Below, one piece after another: positions 9,033 through 17,800 of a stretch of DNA of 53,626 nucleotides (its first letter is position 1; each line of letters opens with the position of its first letter). The notes under the pieces were generated by a model, which did no database searches, had not been told where the DNA came from, and saw only the letters and a program-made list of their open reading frames with translations. The position numbers were made by a program, and so were the translations under genes. This stretch comes from a virus (taxonomy: Duplodnaviria > Caudoviricetes), in IMG/VR virus record IMGVR_UViG_3300037440_000172, positions 1 to 53,626 of that record; one strand, given 5' to 3'.

Positions 9033-9101
9033 GGATTTGAGATTGCGGGAGTGGGCGTCAGGCGGTAAGGTCAATCCGGCCATATTGAGGGAGATCTTTT
9101 C

Positions 9102-9254
9102 ATGACGAACCTTCACATTTTTTCAGAGAACGCCGATGAAGATCGGGTCAACATGCCTGCTGACGATCTGGCGGCGTTCGCCATACAGTGTCATCTGGTA
9201 GGGTTCGTCGTGGGGGCGATAGTGACGACGGTGGTCTGCTGGTTTGCGTTCTAA
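9102..9254 (+). CDS. small membrane peptide (50 aa), antisense to the late operon
   Basis: GAGGGAG RBS; C-terminal LVGFVVGAIVTTVVCWFAF; below the ORF-track cutoff. Confidence 0.55.
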   Translation: MTNLHIFSENADEDRVNMPADDLAAFAIQCHLVGFVVGAIVTTVVCWFAF

Positions 9255-9601
9255 CTCCGCGCTATTATCGCCTTGATCGCCGCTTCGGAATACCCCTTTT
9301 GGGTCAGTTCATTTGCAATGGCTGCGTTCTCTGCTTCTTTCTCGGCACGCTGTTTCTGACGCTCAACCTCTTTCTGGTCTGGCCCCGGATCATCCCATCC
9401 TGTGCCGTTCCATGTGCAACGGTGATTTGGCGGGGACGGCGTGTCTGCCGAAAGCACAGTGGCTCCATCCGGTGCAGGGTGGTGCTCGACGTAGACAGAC
9501 GCCCCTGGAAAATACTCCCCTAGGAATTTTCCATCCTGATCGACGCAAAGCACGCCATCGATCTCGATCTCAACTTTTTTTGTAACCTTGATCTTGCCCA
9601 T
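9251..9601 (-). CDS. tail-fibre-associated protein (assembly chaperone-like)
   Basis: TAATG coupling to the fibre gene; PP...TWNGTGW motif. Confidence 0.55.
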   Translation of the reverse strand: MGKIKVTKKVEIEIDGVLCVDQDGKFLGEYFPGASVYVEHHPAPDGATVLSADTPSPPNHRCTWNGTGWDDPGPDQKEVERQKQRAEKEAENAAIANELTQKGYSEAAIKAIIARS

Positions 9602-11631
9602 TATGCGAAGTTCCTTGCTTCAACGAAATAACGATATGCGGCGACATCATCACTAGTGAAAAAGAAACGGACATCAGTTATATCATTGGAATTGTCGATC
9701 AGAACACCACCGCCTGCAATCTGTTGTCCCTCGTCACTATCGTCCTTAATTGATACTCCAGTAAAGGTCATTGCCTTATAAATGCCGTCAGATCCAAAGC
9801 CCTCGAACCAGAGATCAAACCATGCACCCTTATGTGAAGCACTTCCTATCGCATCCCCGCCCCCAGCGCCCATAAGAATTTCTGTGCCATTACCTTGTTG
9901 ACCCCCAGTGGCCCATGAGTAATCACCCGCCCCAGAAAGAAACACTGATCCGCCATCTTGAGAAAATCGAGCATTAAGGTCCACATTGTTAGTAGCAGGA
10001 CGGACAAACACCCTAATGTGCACAAGATCATAAGCAGCGGGGATTTCGATATCGAGAGTGGCAACCGTTGTCCCAGAGCCGTTCTCTATATCCTCCCAGC
10101 CGCCGCCCGCACCCGCATCTTGGAATGTCGGCAGTGCCGCAGCACCATTAGACGTAAGAACCTGTCCTGACGTACCAACACTAGCGATAGATTGTTGAGC
10201 CCCTGTCGTAGTGGTGCCGCCGCAGAGCACGGCGTAAGCCGTATGCGAACTGCGTCCTGTCCCGCCATCAGCAACAGCAACATCTGTACCGCCTGTAAGG
10301 TAAACCTCTGCCCATGATGTGACTGTGGAGCCAACTTGCCGCACCCACATACTCGGGATCGATGCTACCGTAGAAAATGCAAGTTGACCGAACCGCGTTG
10401 CGTTGCGCATTGCTGTGAGCACTGCCACAAATGTAGCAGGACCATTTGCCTGTCCGTCCTCAGCGCGCGTAAATCCGGAATGCGTCACATCGTCAAAGTC
10501 ATCATTCGGCGGCAACGGTGACGACACAGGGATAGTAGCAACGCCTTTGCCGCCGCCGGATCCAACAACGATTTGGCCATCTGTCAGATTACTTGAAGCA
10601 GTTACCATATTCGTAATATCTGCATCTACTACAACATCAGCCGCTGCTATCCCGCTATCCTGAATCAGCTTGCCCGTAATTCCATCATAGCTCGCGAGAT
10701 TACCGTCTGTTGCCGATGCCGGGCCGACGACATCGCCGCTGCCATCTGCCCCGGCGGGTGCGAACACGACGCTGAAATTCTCGGTCGCTGTAAATGTGCC
10801 ACCAGAAGCCAGCGGCGTTACGCTGATTTTCCGGTAGCCGGTGCCGTCAACAACGCTGCCCGTGACAAGACCGACAAAAAACGCGTCTGCGGAATCGATC
10901 CCCTTGACGAGGATATGGCCGCGCCTGGCTGAGCTTCCTATATCGTCGAAGCTGTCGAAATAGGCTGAAACGTCATTACCGTCGGCGTCTGAATTGTCGA
11001 TGAATATGGTGGTGACGCTGGCGAGCGTGGCATTGTCGAGCCGAAATTCGCCCGCGCCTGGATCGGCATCAGCCGTCGCATTGTCGAATGCATAGGTAAA
11101 TGCCGGGTTTTCGCTAGCTGCTTCCGCTGCCGCCTGCGCCGCTTCTGCGGCAGTTTGGGCGGTCTCTGCGTTTGTCTCCGCCGTCTCGGCTGCTGCCTGC
11201 GCCGCTTCCGCCGCCGCCTGCGCCGCCTCGCTCGCCGTCGTCGCCAGATTGCTTGCCGAAACCGCAAAAACGATGTTCGATGTATCGATGACAATCGGAT
11301 CGTCTGACGTTACGGTGTATTCCCCGATGCCGACCGTTCCAGAATGCACATAAATGCGAGTACCATCGACTATATCGCTGTTGCCGTCGAAGTCTCTCGC
11401 CCGCGACCATACGCCAGTGCTGACAGTCCAGATGCCGTTCTGCGTCTGGTCGGTCTGGTTCTTGACGAGAACGCGATCCGGCCTGTCGTTCGCACCTTCC
11501 TCGACCACGGCGATATCGTCGATGGTCTGCTCACCTGAGAGCGTGATGTTGGCTGTGGTCGCAACCCGGCAGGGTGCTTTGAATGCCAGCGAACTGCGGG
11601 CTCCTTCGAGCCGGTCATGCAAGTCTGTCAT
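9601..11631 (-). CDS. tail fibre / receptor-binding protein
   Basis: N-terminal RVATTANITLSG.QTID...RVLVKNQT...NGIW module, AQAAAE coiled-coil repeats, Gly/Thr-rich 'VADGGTG' and 'GQVLTSNG' fibre motifs. Confidence 0.8.
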   Translation of the reverse strand: MTDLHDRLEGARSSLAFKAPCRVATTANITLSGEQTIDDIAVVEEGANDRPDRVLVKNQTDQTQNGIWTVSTGVWSRARDFDGNSDIVDGTRIYVHSGTVGIGEYTVTSDDPIVIDTSNIVFAVSASNLATTASEAAQAAAEAAQAAAETAETNAETAQTAAEAAQAAAEAASENPAFTYAFDNATADADPGAGEFRLDNATLASVTTIFIDNSDADGNDVSAYFDSFDDIGSSARRGHILVKGIDSADAFFVGLVTGSVVDGTGYRKISVTPLASGGTFTATENFSVVFAPAGADGSGDVVGPASATDGNLASYDGITGKLIQDSGIAAADVVVDADITNMVTASSNLTDGQIVVGSGGGKGVATIPVSSPLPPNDDFDDVTHSGFTRAEDGQANGPATFVAVLTAMRNATRFGQLAFSTVASIPSMWVRQVGSTVTSWAEVYLTGGTDVAVADGGTGRSSHTAYAVLCGGTTTTGAQQSIASVGTSGQVLTSNGAAALPTFQDAGAGGGWEDIENGSGTTVATLDIEIPAAYDLVHIRVFVRPATNNVDLNARFSQDGGSVFLSGAGDYSWATGGQQGNGTEILMGAGGGDAIGSASHKGAWFDLWFEGFGSDGIYKAMTFTGVSIKDDSDEGQQIAGGGVLIDNSNDITDVRFFFTSDDVAAYRYFVEARNFA

Positions 11632-11652
11632 TTCGGATCAGGATTTCCCATT

Positions 11653-11676
11653 AAAAAACCCGCCGGAAAGCGGGTT
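11653..11676 (-). terminator. rho-independent terminator-like hairpin
   Basis: AACCCGC-TTTCCG-GCGGGTT followed by a T-run. Confidence 0.65.
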
Positions 11677-11705
11677 GGTGATAGTGAGGATTTGAAAGGC
11701 GGTGA

Positions 11706-12005
11706 CTACTTCTTCCCGCCGATGCAGTGATACCCTTGCGTTCCGAAATACTCATAGGTGCCGCCGGTGAGACGGCATTCGAGCTTGGCGCGATACCATG
11801 CGTCATCGGATGCGGCTCGCTTGTCCGAATCTTGCGCGGCAAATATTCCAGCCACTACCATGGCGGTGACAAATGCGATAATAGCCGTGATCGGATGCTC
11901 GCCGATGAGTCCAATTGGACCTGCCGCCACTCTTGCTTGAGCCTTCTGAGCTTGCGCCATCTCATGCTGGGACAGACCAGAGTAATCTTCATAGCGGCAG
12001 TTCAT
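11706..12005 (-). CDS. single-TM hypothetical protein
   Basis: ATGA coupling; hydrophobic ITAIIAFVTAMVVAGIFAA. Confidence 0.55.
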   Translation of the reverse strand: MNCRYEDYSGLSQHEMAQAQKAQARVAAGPIGLIGEHPITAIIAFVTAMVVAGIFAAQDSDKRAASDDAWYRAKLECRLTGGTYEYFGTQGYHCIGGKK

Positions 12006-12373
12006 GCCTTGCCCGCCTCGGCTATAGCGCCATAAACCACAGCCCCGTCAATCAGAACATGGCATGGCGGAATGATCGCTTCGGGATGCCAGATCACTGC
12101 TATCCTCGGACCAAGGCGGCTGTTATACTTCCAATTCGGATATTTCGCCTGATAGCTCTCGGAGAAGCCTTGGAGGCCAACGCATTCGTCAGGATCGATC
12201 TCCCTGTCTGCGACCTCGCGCCGTAGCCCTTCGATCAGTTCGTCTTCTGTCTGCGCAATCACTTCAAGATTGACGCTGACCTTCGACAGACCGTGATCGA
12301 CCGCCCCGTCGATTAAGACATGCTCGCTTTCGTCAAGCGGCGGACGTGCAGCCAGATAATCACCTGTGGTCAT
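12002..12373 (-). CDS. hypothetical protein
   Basis: GGAG RBS, ATG at 12373 (MTTGDY). Confidence 0.55.
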   Translation of the reverse strand: MTTGDYLAARPPLDESEHVLIDGAVDHGLSKVSVNLEVIAQTEDELIEGLRREVADREIDPDECVGLQGFSESYQAKYPNWKYNSRLGPRIAVIWHPEAIIPPCHVLIDGAVVYGAIAEAGKA

Positions 12374-12377
12374 CTCT

Positions 12378-12572
12378 TTACTCTCCGCTGGGTTGGGAGG
12401 GAGGCTTGCGAATAGGATTGTTATCTTCATCGAAGCGAAGATTGCCGACTGTTTCGCATACAGCCATCGCCCCAAAAGTCGCGATACGACGATTGCACCG
12501 AGCTATCCAGCCGGTTGCCGCAGCTAATCGCGGCAACACTGGCCTGCCACAATCTGGGCAACGTTCGCTCAT
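12378..12572 (-). CDS. small Cys-rich protein
   Basis: MSERCPDCG; ATGA coupling. Confidence 0.5.
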   Translation of the reverse strand: MSERCPDCGRPVLPRLAAATGWIARCNRRIATFGAMAVCETVGNLRFDEDNNPIRKPPSQPSGE

Positions 12573-12685
12573 TTCGGCGTATCGTACGAATGAAACCAGA
12601 TGAAAATCACTGCAAGAATCGCGATGACCAAAAGTCCCCAGCCACCCCATTCCTGAACAAGTTGCTGCATAAATTCCTCGCTCAT
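12569..12685 (-). CDS. small membrane peptide (38 aa)
   Basis: ATGA overlaps at both ends; WGLLVIAILAVIFIW. Confidence 0.55.
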   Translation of the reverse strand: MSEEFMQQLVQEWGGWGLLVIAILAVIFIWFHSYDTPK

Positions 12686-12927
12686 ACTACCCTCAATCCG
12701 TCCTTACGAAGCTCAACGCCGTTATTCATGAAGCCGATGAATATTTTCTGCGCTGATGACTTGGAGATTTTATTCTGACTTGCTTCGTATCTCCACAAAG
12801 TCTGCCGAGATATACCCAACTTTTCTACTGCAATATCAAGTGTCCATCCCATCCATGCGCGAGCGCCACGCAAATGACTTGCGGAAATGTAGGAATAATC
12901 ATTTTTGTGCTTGACAGGCTCGCTCAT
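12682..12927 (-). CDS. XRE/Cro-family HTH regulator
   Basis: LRGARAWMGWT...AVEKLGISRQTLWRYE HTH; GVEL C-terminal motif. Confidence 0.8.
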   Translation of the reverse strand: MSEPVKHKNDYSYISASHLRGARAWMGWTLDIAVEKLGISRQTLWRYEASQNKISKSSAQKIFIGFMNNGVELRKDGLRVV

Positions 12928-12963
12928 AATGACTACTGTATAGTCAGATGCGTATTGCGTCAA
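12911..12963. promoter_or_regulatory. overlapping opposed sigma70-type promoters with palindromic operator
   Basis: + strand TTGACA-N17-TACTGT (12911-12939); - strand TTGACG-N17-TACAGT (12963-12935); TGACTA-N5-TAGTCA palindrome at 12930-12946. Confidence 0.7.
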
Positions 12964-13027
12964 GCGTTCTTTGACAACTGAAACCCGCATATTCCTGTGC
13001 CTCCGATGGTCAGCAACGGAGGAAACC

Positions 13028-13162
13028 ATGAATGCAGCATCTGTAAAGGAAGCGCTCCGGCTCATCTGGCTGGAGTCGTGGAAGAGACTCAGTGAGAAAC
13101 CCTCCGATCCCGTGCGAAAGGAAATGGAAGAGATTACTCACCGAGCCTATCGGAACTGCTGA
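13028..13162 (+). CDS. small hypothetical protein
   Basis: GGAGG RBS before ATG at 13028. Confidence 0.55.
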   Translation: MNAASVKEALRLIWLESWKRLSEKPSDPVRKEMEEITHRAYRNC

Positions 13163-13282
13163 ATTCTCCGGTCAGCGTCATGTTGGCGCTGATCATCGCG
13201 GGCACAGGCCCGAAACCGCCGATGTGAACGTTAGCCGCGCTCACACCGGCATTTGTGACAAACCCTTGGAAAGGAACATCAC

Positions 13283-14233
13283 GTGAAACAGCCTAGCAGA
13301 ATTCCCCGCTGGGCGCAATTTCTGATCGGCGGCGTCTTGCTGCTTATCGCTCTTGCGGCGGGGATCGTCAGCCTCGTGCTGAACGTCTCCCACGGACTGA
13401 ATGTCGGCCTCGCTGCCGGCATCACTTTCGGCCTCGCCGATATTGGCAAGATCGCAATCCCGATCGTTGCCGGCATTATCGGCTGGTCCATGCAGATGAG
13501 ATCCACTGCAATCGTCTGCGTGCTCGTGTCGTTGTTCTGTGCTACCAACTATTACGCTGATCGGCACGGACGGCACCTGATCGAAGCACAGCACGGAGAA
13601 GCCGTCTATGCGGACAAGGCAAAGCGCATCTCCGAACTGGAAAAGAGTGTTGCCGATCTTAACGCTCTGGTGACCGCTGAAGCCTCCGACCGCGGATGCG
13701 GCCCCAACTGCAAGGCGCTTCAGGCTCGCGCCGACGAAGCCACCTTGAAGCTTCAGGACGCCCGCAAGGCGCGCTCCGAAGCAAAGCCCGTTGAAGCCTC
13801 CGGCCTTGCCGTCATGATCTCCATGTCGGCAGGAACGAAGGTCGAGGGCACAGCTCGCGGACTTGGAGCGGTCAACGCCGTTCTGTTCCTTGCGCTTCTC
13901 GAAGCTCTCGTCTGGCTGTCCGTGCCAGCAATGCGGGCTTTGAACGTGGCGGCAGCAACTGTCGCGAAAACTGTATCGCGTCAGAAATCTGTCGCAACGC
14001 CGAAAGCCAAACCGGCCAAGGCCAAAAAACCAACTGTCCGGAAATCCCGGAAGGTTGAACAGAAGCGGAAACGCACTCCTGCGGAAAAAGCCGCCAAGCA
14101 GATGGCTGAGCTTAAAAAGCTCACGACCCCGGCCTCGTTCAAAGCTCCTGTCCGTGTTACCCGGAAAGGTAAAATGGACAAGAGATTCAAAGCTGCGAGA
14201 CCAGCAAATGCGAACGAACCAGTCAACGCTTGA
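13283..14233 (+). CDS. multi-TM membrane protein with coiled-coil and Lys/Arg-rich tail
   Basis: AAAGGA RBS with GTG start; several TM segments, CGPNC, basic C-terminus. Confidence 0.7.
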   Translation: MKQPSRIPRWAQFLIGGVLLLIALAAGIVSLVLNVSHGLNVGLAAGITFGLADIGKIAIPIVAGIIGWSMQMRSTAIVCVLVSLFCATNYYADRHGRHLIEAQHGEAVYADKAKRISELEKSVADLNALVTAEASDRGCGPNCKALQARADEATLKLQDARKARSEAKPVEASGLAVMISMSAGTKVEGTARGLGAVNAVLFLALLEALVWLSVPAMRALNVAAATVAKTVSRQKSVATPKAKPAKAKKPTVRKSRKVEQKRKRTPAEKAAKQMAELKKLTTPASFKAPVRVTRKGKMDKRFKAARPANANEPVNA

Positions 14234-14240
14234 ATTCTAA

Positions 14241-14270
14241 GCCCCGTCAGGTATTCTGGCGGGGTTTTTT
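14241..14270 (+). terminator. rho-independent terminator
   Basis: GCCCCGTCAG-GTATT-CTGGCGGGGT followed by a T-run, just after the stop codon. Confidence 0.8.
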
Positions 14271-14729
14271 GCTGTCTCGGACTCGCCTTACTTTTGCCAG
14301 CGCCTCTTCTGGATGCATACCAGCCCTTAAGAGTTGGTAGATGTAAGCCTGCCCCAAACCCTCGTCTCGTATCCACTCCGCAACCGTCTTCGTAACCCCA
14401 TGCGCCGTCATCACGACGTTCGAGCGTCGATTGTACCCCTGCTCACGCGTGGTGGCCCAGCGGCAATTCTCTAAGGCGTACCCCTTGTTGTAGTCGTCTC
14501 GCTCAACCGAGTGCTTTCTGCTCGGACGCGGTCCCATGTCTTCCAGGAAACATTGGAAACCGGTCTTCCCGCTTTCGCCGGAAAGCCATCGTTCACAAAC
14601 GGTGATGCCTCGGCCGCCGTAATGCTTAAAGCTGGCGTTCGACTCCTTGTAGCATCTTGATATCATCGCAGCCCAAGCCGCATATTCCCGGTCGTAATCC
14701 CGAGTAAGACCGTCCTGCGATATGTGCAC
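14247..14729 (-). CDS. HNH-type homing endonuclease, N-terminally truncated (possible pseudogene)
   Basis: W..M.SRC...YGGRGITVCERW...FLEDMGPRP...SVERDD...GY..ENCRWAT. Confidence 0.75.
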   Translation of the reverse strand: MHISQDGLTRDYDREYAAWAAMISRCYKESNASFKHYGGRGITVCERWLSGESGKTGFQCFLEDMGPRPSRKHSVERDDYNKGYALENCRWATTREQGYNRRSNVVMTAHGVTKTVAEWIRDEGLGQAYIYQLLRAGMHPEEALAKVRRVRDSKKPRQNT

Positions 14730-14834
14730 GGTGTTAGTGCAGTACCCGCATCTTGTGGTCCTGCCCCGCTTAAGCAGGGTGGTGGTTGTTCATCATGACT
14801 GTAGGCAACACCGTCCACATTATCGGCAAGATCG

Positions 14835-17800
14835 TCAGCGGATTCCGAGCGCTCTTGCCCGACCGACGGCATAGTTCAGATCGTTGAATTCGACCTGCGC
14901 ACGCTTCTCGATGATGGTCTCACGCCTGTTTGCATCAAGGAGACGACGGCGAACTTCAGGCCAGAGTTCCCGCACCGTGTCGTAATCATAAACCTTCGTG
15001 CCGCGCTTGATCTTGATCTTGTCCATCAGCATGGCGTGGATTCTCGGCGAGACCGTTTTAAGCTCTTCCAGATACGGCTTCACCGGCATCGGTTCCCGGA
15101 ACTCGTAGCCGGGGCGCTGGATTGCTATCAGGCCGTTCAGATATTCCCGGCGGCTGATCTCGCTCATGATCTCGTTCGCCTGCTGACGGACGGCGCGTGT
15201 GACTTCAAGACGCTTCCCGGTTCTTGGATCGTCAACCCGGTTGAACGCCACCTGCCTGGATGTTGCGCTGAGCGCGGTGATGAACTCTTTCGCGCGTTCC
15301 ATCGGATGCAGGCGGCGCTGATCGACATCGTAATGCCCGTTCAGGATTGCATAGGCTCTGGCGTCGTCATCCGTCACCCGACGTTCAAAGAATTTGCGCA
15401 GATCTTCCTGCGTCCAGACCTTGTTCTTAACGGCCTCTTCCTTGTAGGAACCGGCCGGCTGTATGAATTCGCCTCCATCGCGCCCCATGAGATCCCAGAA
15501 ATCTTCCGCGCCGCGCGTCCCGCGCAACCCGCGCGTCGTGCGGATGAACGGATATTCCTGCCAGCGCAATGCAGGCTTGTCCGGGTCTGCTGCATCATAG
15601 GTGCGCAGAATATCCCGAGCCCAATCCGAGCCGAGCGTGTTCATGGTATACTCGACCATGAGTGGCGATACTTCGAACGGCGCGACGGCGTTTATCCCCT
15701 CGGCCATGTCCTTGGACAGCTTCGACGTATAAGCCTTGTAACGATCTTCCGGCAAACGACCCTGCATATATTCCGGCTCGATCGCGCTGTCGAAGAAGTT
15801 GTTCCGACCGTGCTTCCAACCGATATACATGTCGAGCAATGGAGACGAGTGCGGCGGGACAAGGCTGTATCCAAGCGTCTTGCGAAAACGCTGCCATGCC
15901 GTTGGATCTTCGTAGCGCCAGCTATCATATTGCGCGCGCAAAGCGTTCGATGTGACGTTCACGATATCGAACCCGCGCGGAATGCGGTAGGGCTGGCCGT
16001 TGATCGTCATCGGGATGTTGAGCGCGCGTTCAAGCTCCGACTTGTCCCGCAGTTCGTCATCATCATTGAGCATCAGCTCAAGCATCAGATGAGCAACGGC
16101 AATCATCGCAAGGGTTGTCCATGCACGCATGGCGTCCTTCAACGCGTCCTTTTCGGACTTCGTAAGGGTCTTCTCCGCTTGCGATCTCTGGCGATCATCG
16201 AACAGCGGAGCGAGTTTTTTCCGCACCACCTGCGCGGCTGCAAAGACACCTTCATCGGTCTGCGCCAGAAACAACTTGCGGAACATTTTGTCAGGCCCCT
16301 GCAACGCAGGGTTGAGAAACATCACCAATCGATTGAATACGGTCTGGCTGGCGAAATCACCGCTGCGACCATAATCGGTGTAGTCGCGACTTCTCTGCAC
16401 TGCGGATTCCAGCGCAATAAACGTCTGCTGCTCTAGCGGCATTGTCGGATAGCGGCTCTGCGCATCCTTGAAAGCCCTGTCGAACGAAAGACGGGCGAGC
16501 GTTTGCCTGGCATTGGCTTCCGACCATTCCGCCCATTTCCAGAAATCTTCATGGAGCGGGTTGACGGTCCTTGCCCAGAAGTCGCGCCGGGCCGGATTGA
16601 GCACGACGCCTTCCGTGCGCAGACCGGAAACGCGTCCCTGACGCAATTGCTGGATATTGGAGCGGTTGATACCGCCCATGATCCCGCCATGCCGGGCCAG
16701 AATTTGCGCCCATGTCTCTTCGCCACGAGCTTGTCTCGCCTGGTTATCCAGCACCGTCCGGATATTGGAGATGATCGGAAAATAACCAGCCTGCAAGACT
16801 GCTGCGTTATAAGTGTCACGGATGAGGTTGCGCCACAAGAATCCGGGGTGCGCTGTTATCCCTCGCTGCGGAACCCGGACGGCGGCCGTAATCATGTCGA
16901 AGAAGCTATCCCCGAATGGTGTGCCGCGCGTCATCTCGAAAAAGCCGAGAATGTCTTTGGCAATCCCGTGCCCATCATCATGGATTTGCAGCATCTTGAG
17001 AACGCCGTTATCCATGTAGTGCAGGATCGCGTCGCGACCCTCGCCAGCTTGTTCCGACTTGAACAGTTTGGCGACGGCATCTTCCCCGAGCATCGAGGCG
17101 ACGGTGGAGATCATCTCCTTGGCGTCTTCCGGTGGCAAACCTTCTTGAATCGCAGCCGCTTGCAACGCATCGCGAATCCTGACTTCCTCCACCCTCATCC
17201 GTGTCGCCGGGATGATCTCGACATATTGCCCCGCGTTTTCGACCTCATCGGCCATTTTGCCCAGAAGCAATTTCGGCTTGTTGACGGCGATTTCCTGGTT
17301 GGTGTCGTAGACCTGCCGGGCGATGCCCTCGATCGGATCGATGAAATCACGGTACGATCCCTTGATCGCGAACTTCGCCGCGACCTTTCGCCCGCTGACT
17401 GCGGTGCCTTTGAACATTTCATCCGACATGTCGCGGAACCACGGGACATAATCCGGCGTGCCGGTCTTGTACTGGTATTCCTCCAGACTATCCAATCCGG
17501 CCTGATAACGCTTGAGCGCCAGATCTCGCAGGAACTGATAGACCATCTGCGACGCTTGCGCGAATTGCGGGTTTGCCGCTTCCAAATCGGCCACCGCCTG
17601 CTCGTGATCAGCGCGATTGTGCTTATCCGGCGGGCGCATCAGTTCGGTTTCCCAACGCCCGGCAAGAAAAATGCGGCGCTGACGCCGCATTGTGTCGAAA
17701 TACCAATCCCCCTCGCCGGGATTGCCCGGCGGGTTCGGTCCTCGCCCACGATTTTGCGTTGGGCTCATGTCGTGGCGTTGCCACAGCCAGCGCCCGCGCC

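Noticed and set aside
11110-11240. GC-rich tandem repeats in the tail fibre gene as a DNA element
   Set aside because: Explained by the AQAAAE coiled-coil peptide repeat.
9601-11631. Diversity-generating retroelement, suggested by the BPP-1-like head genes
   Set aside because: No reverse transcriptase and no TR/VR repeat pair visible in the window.
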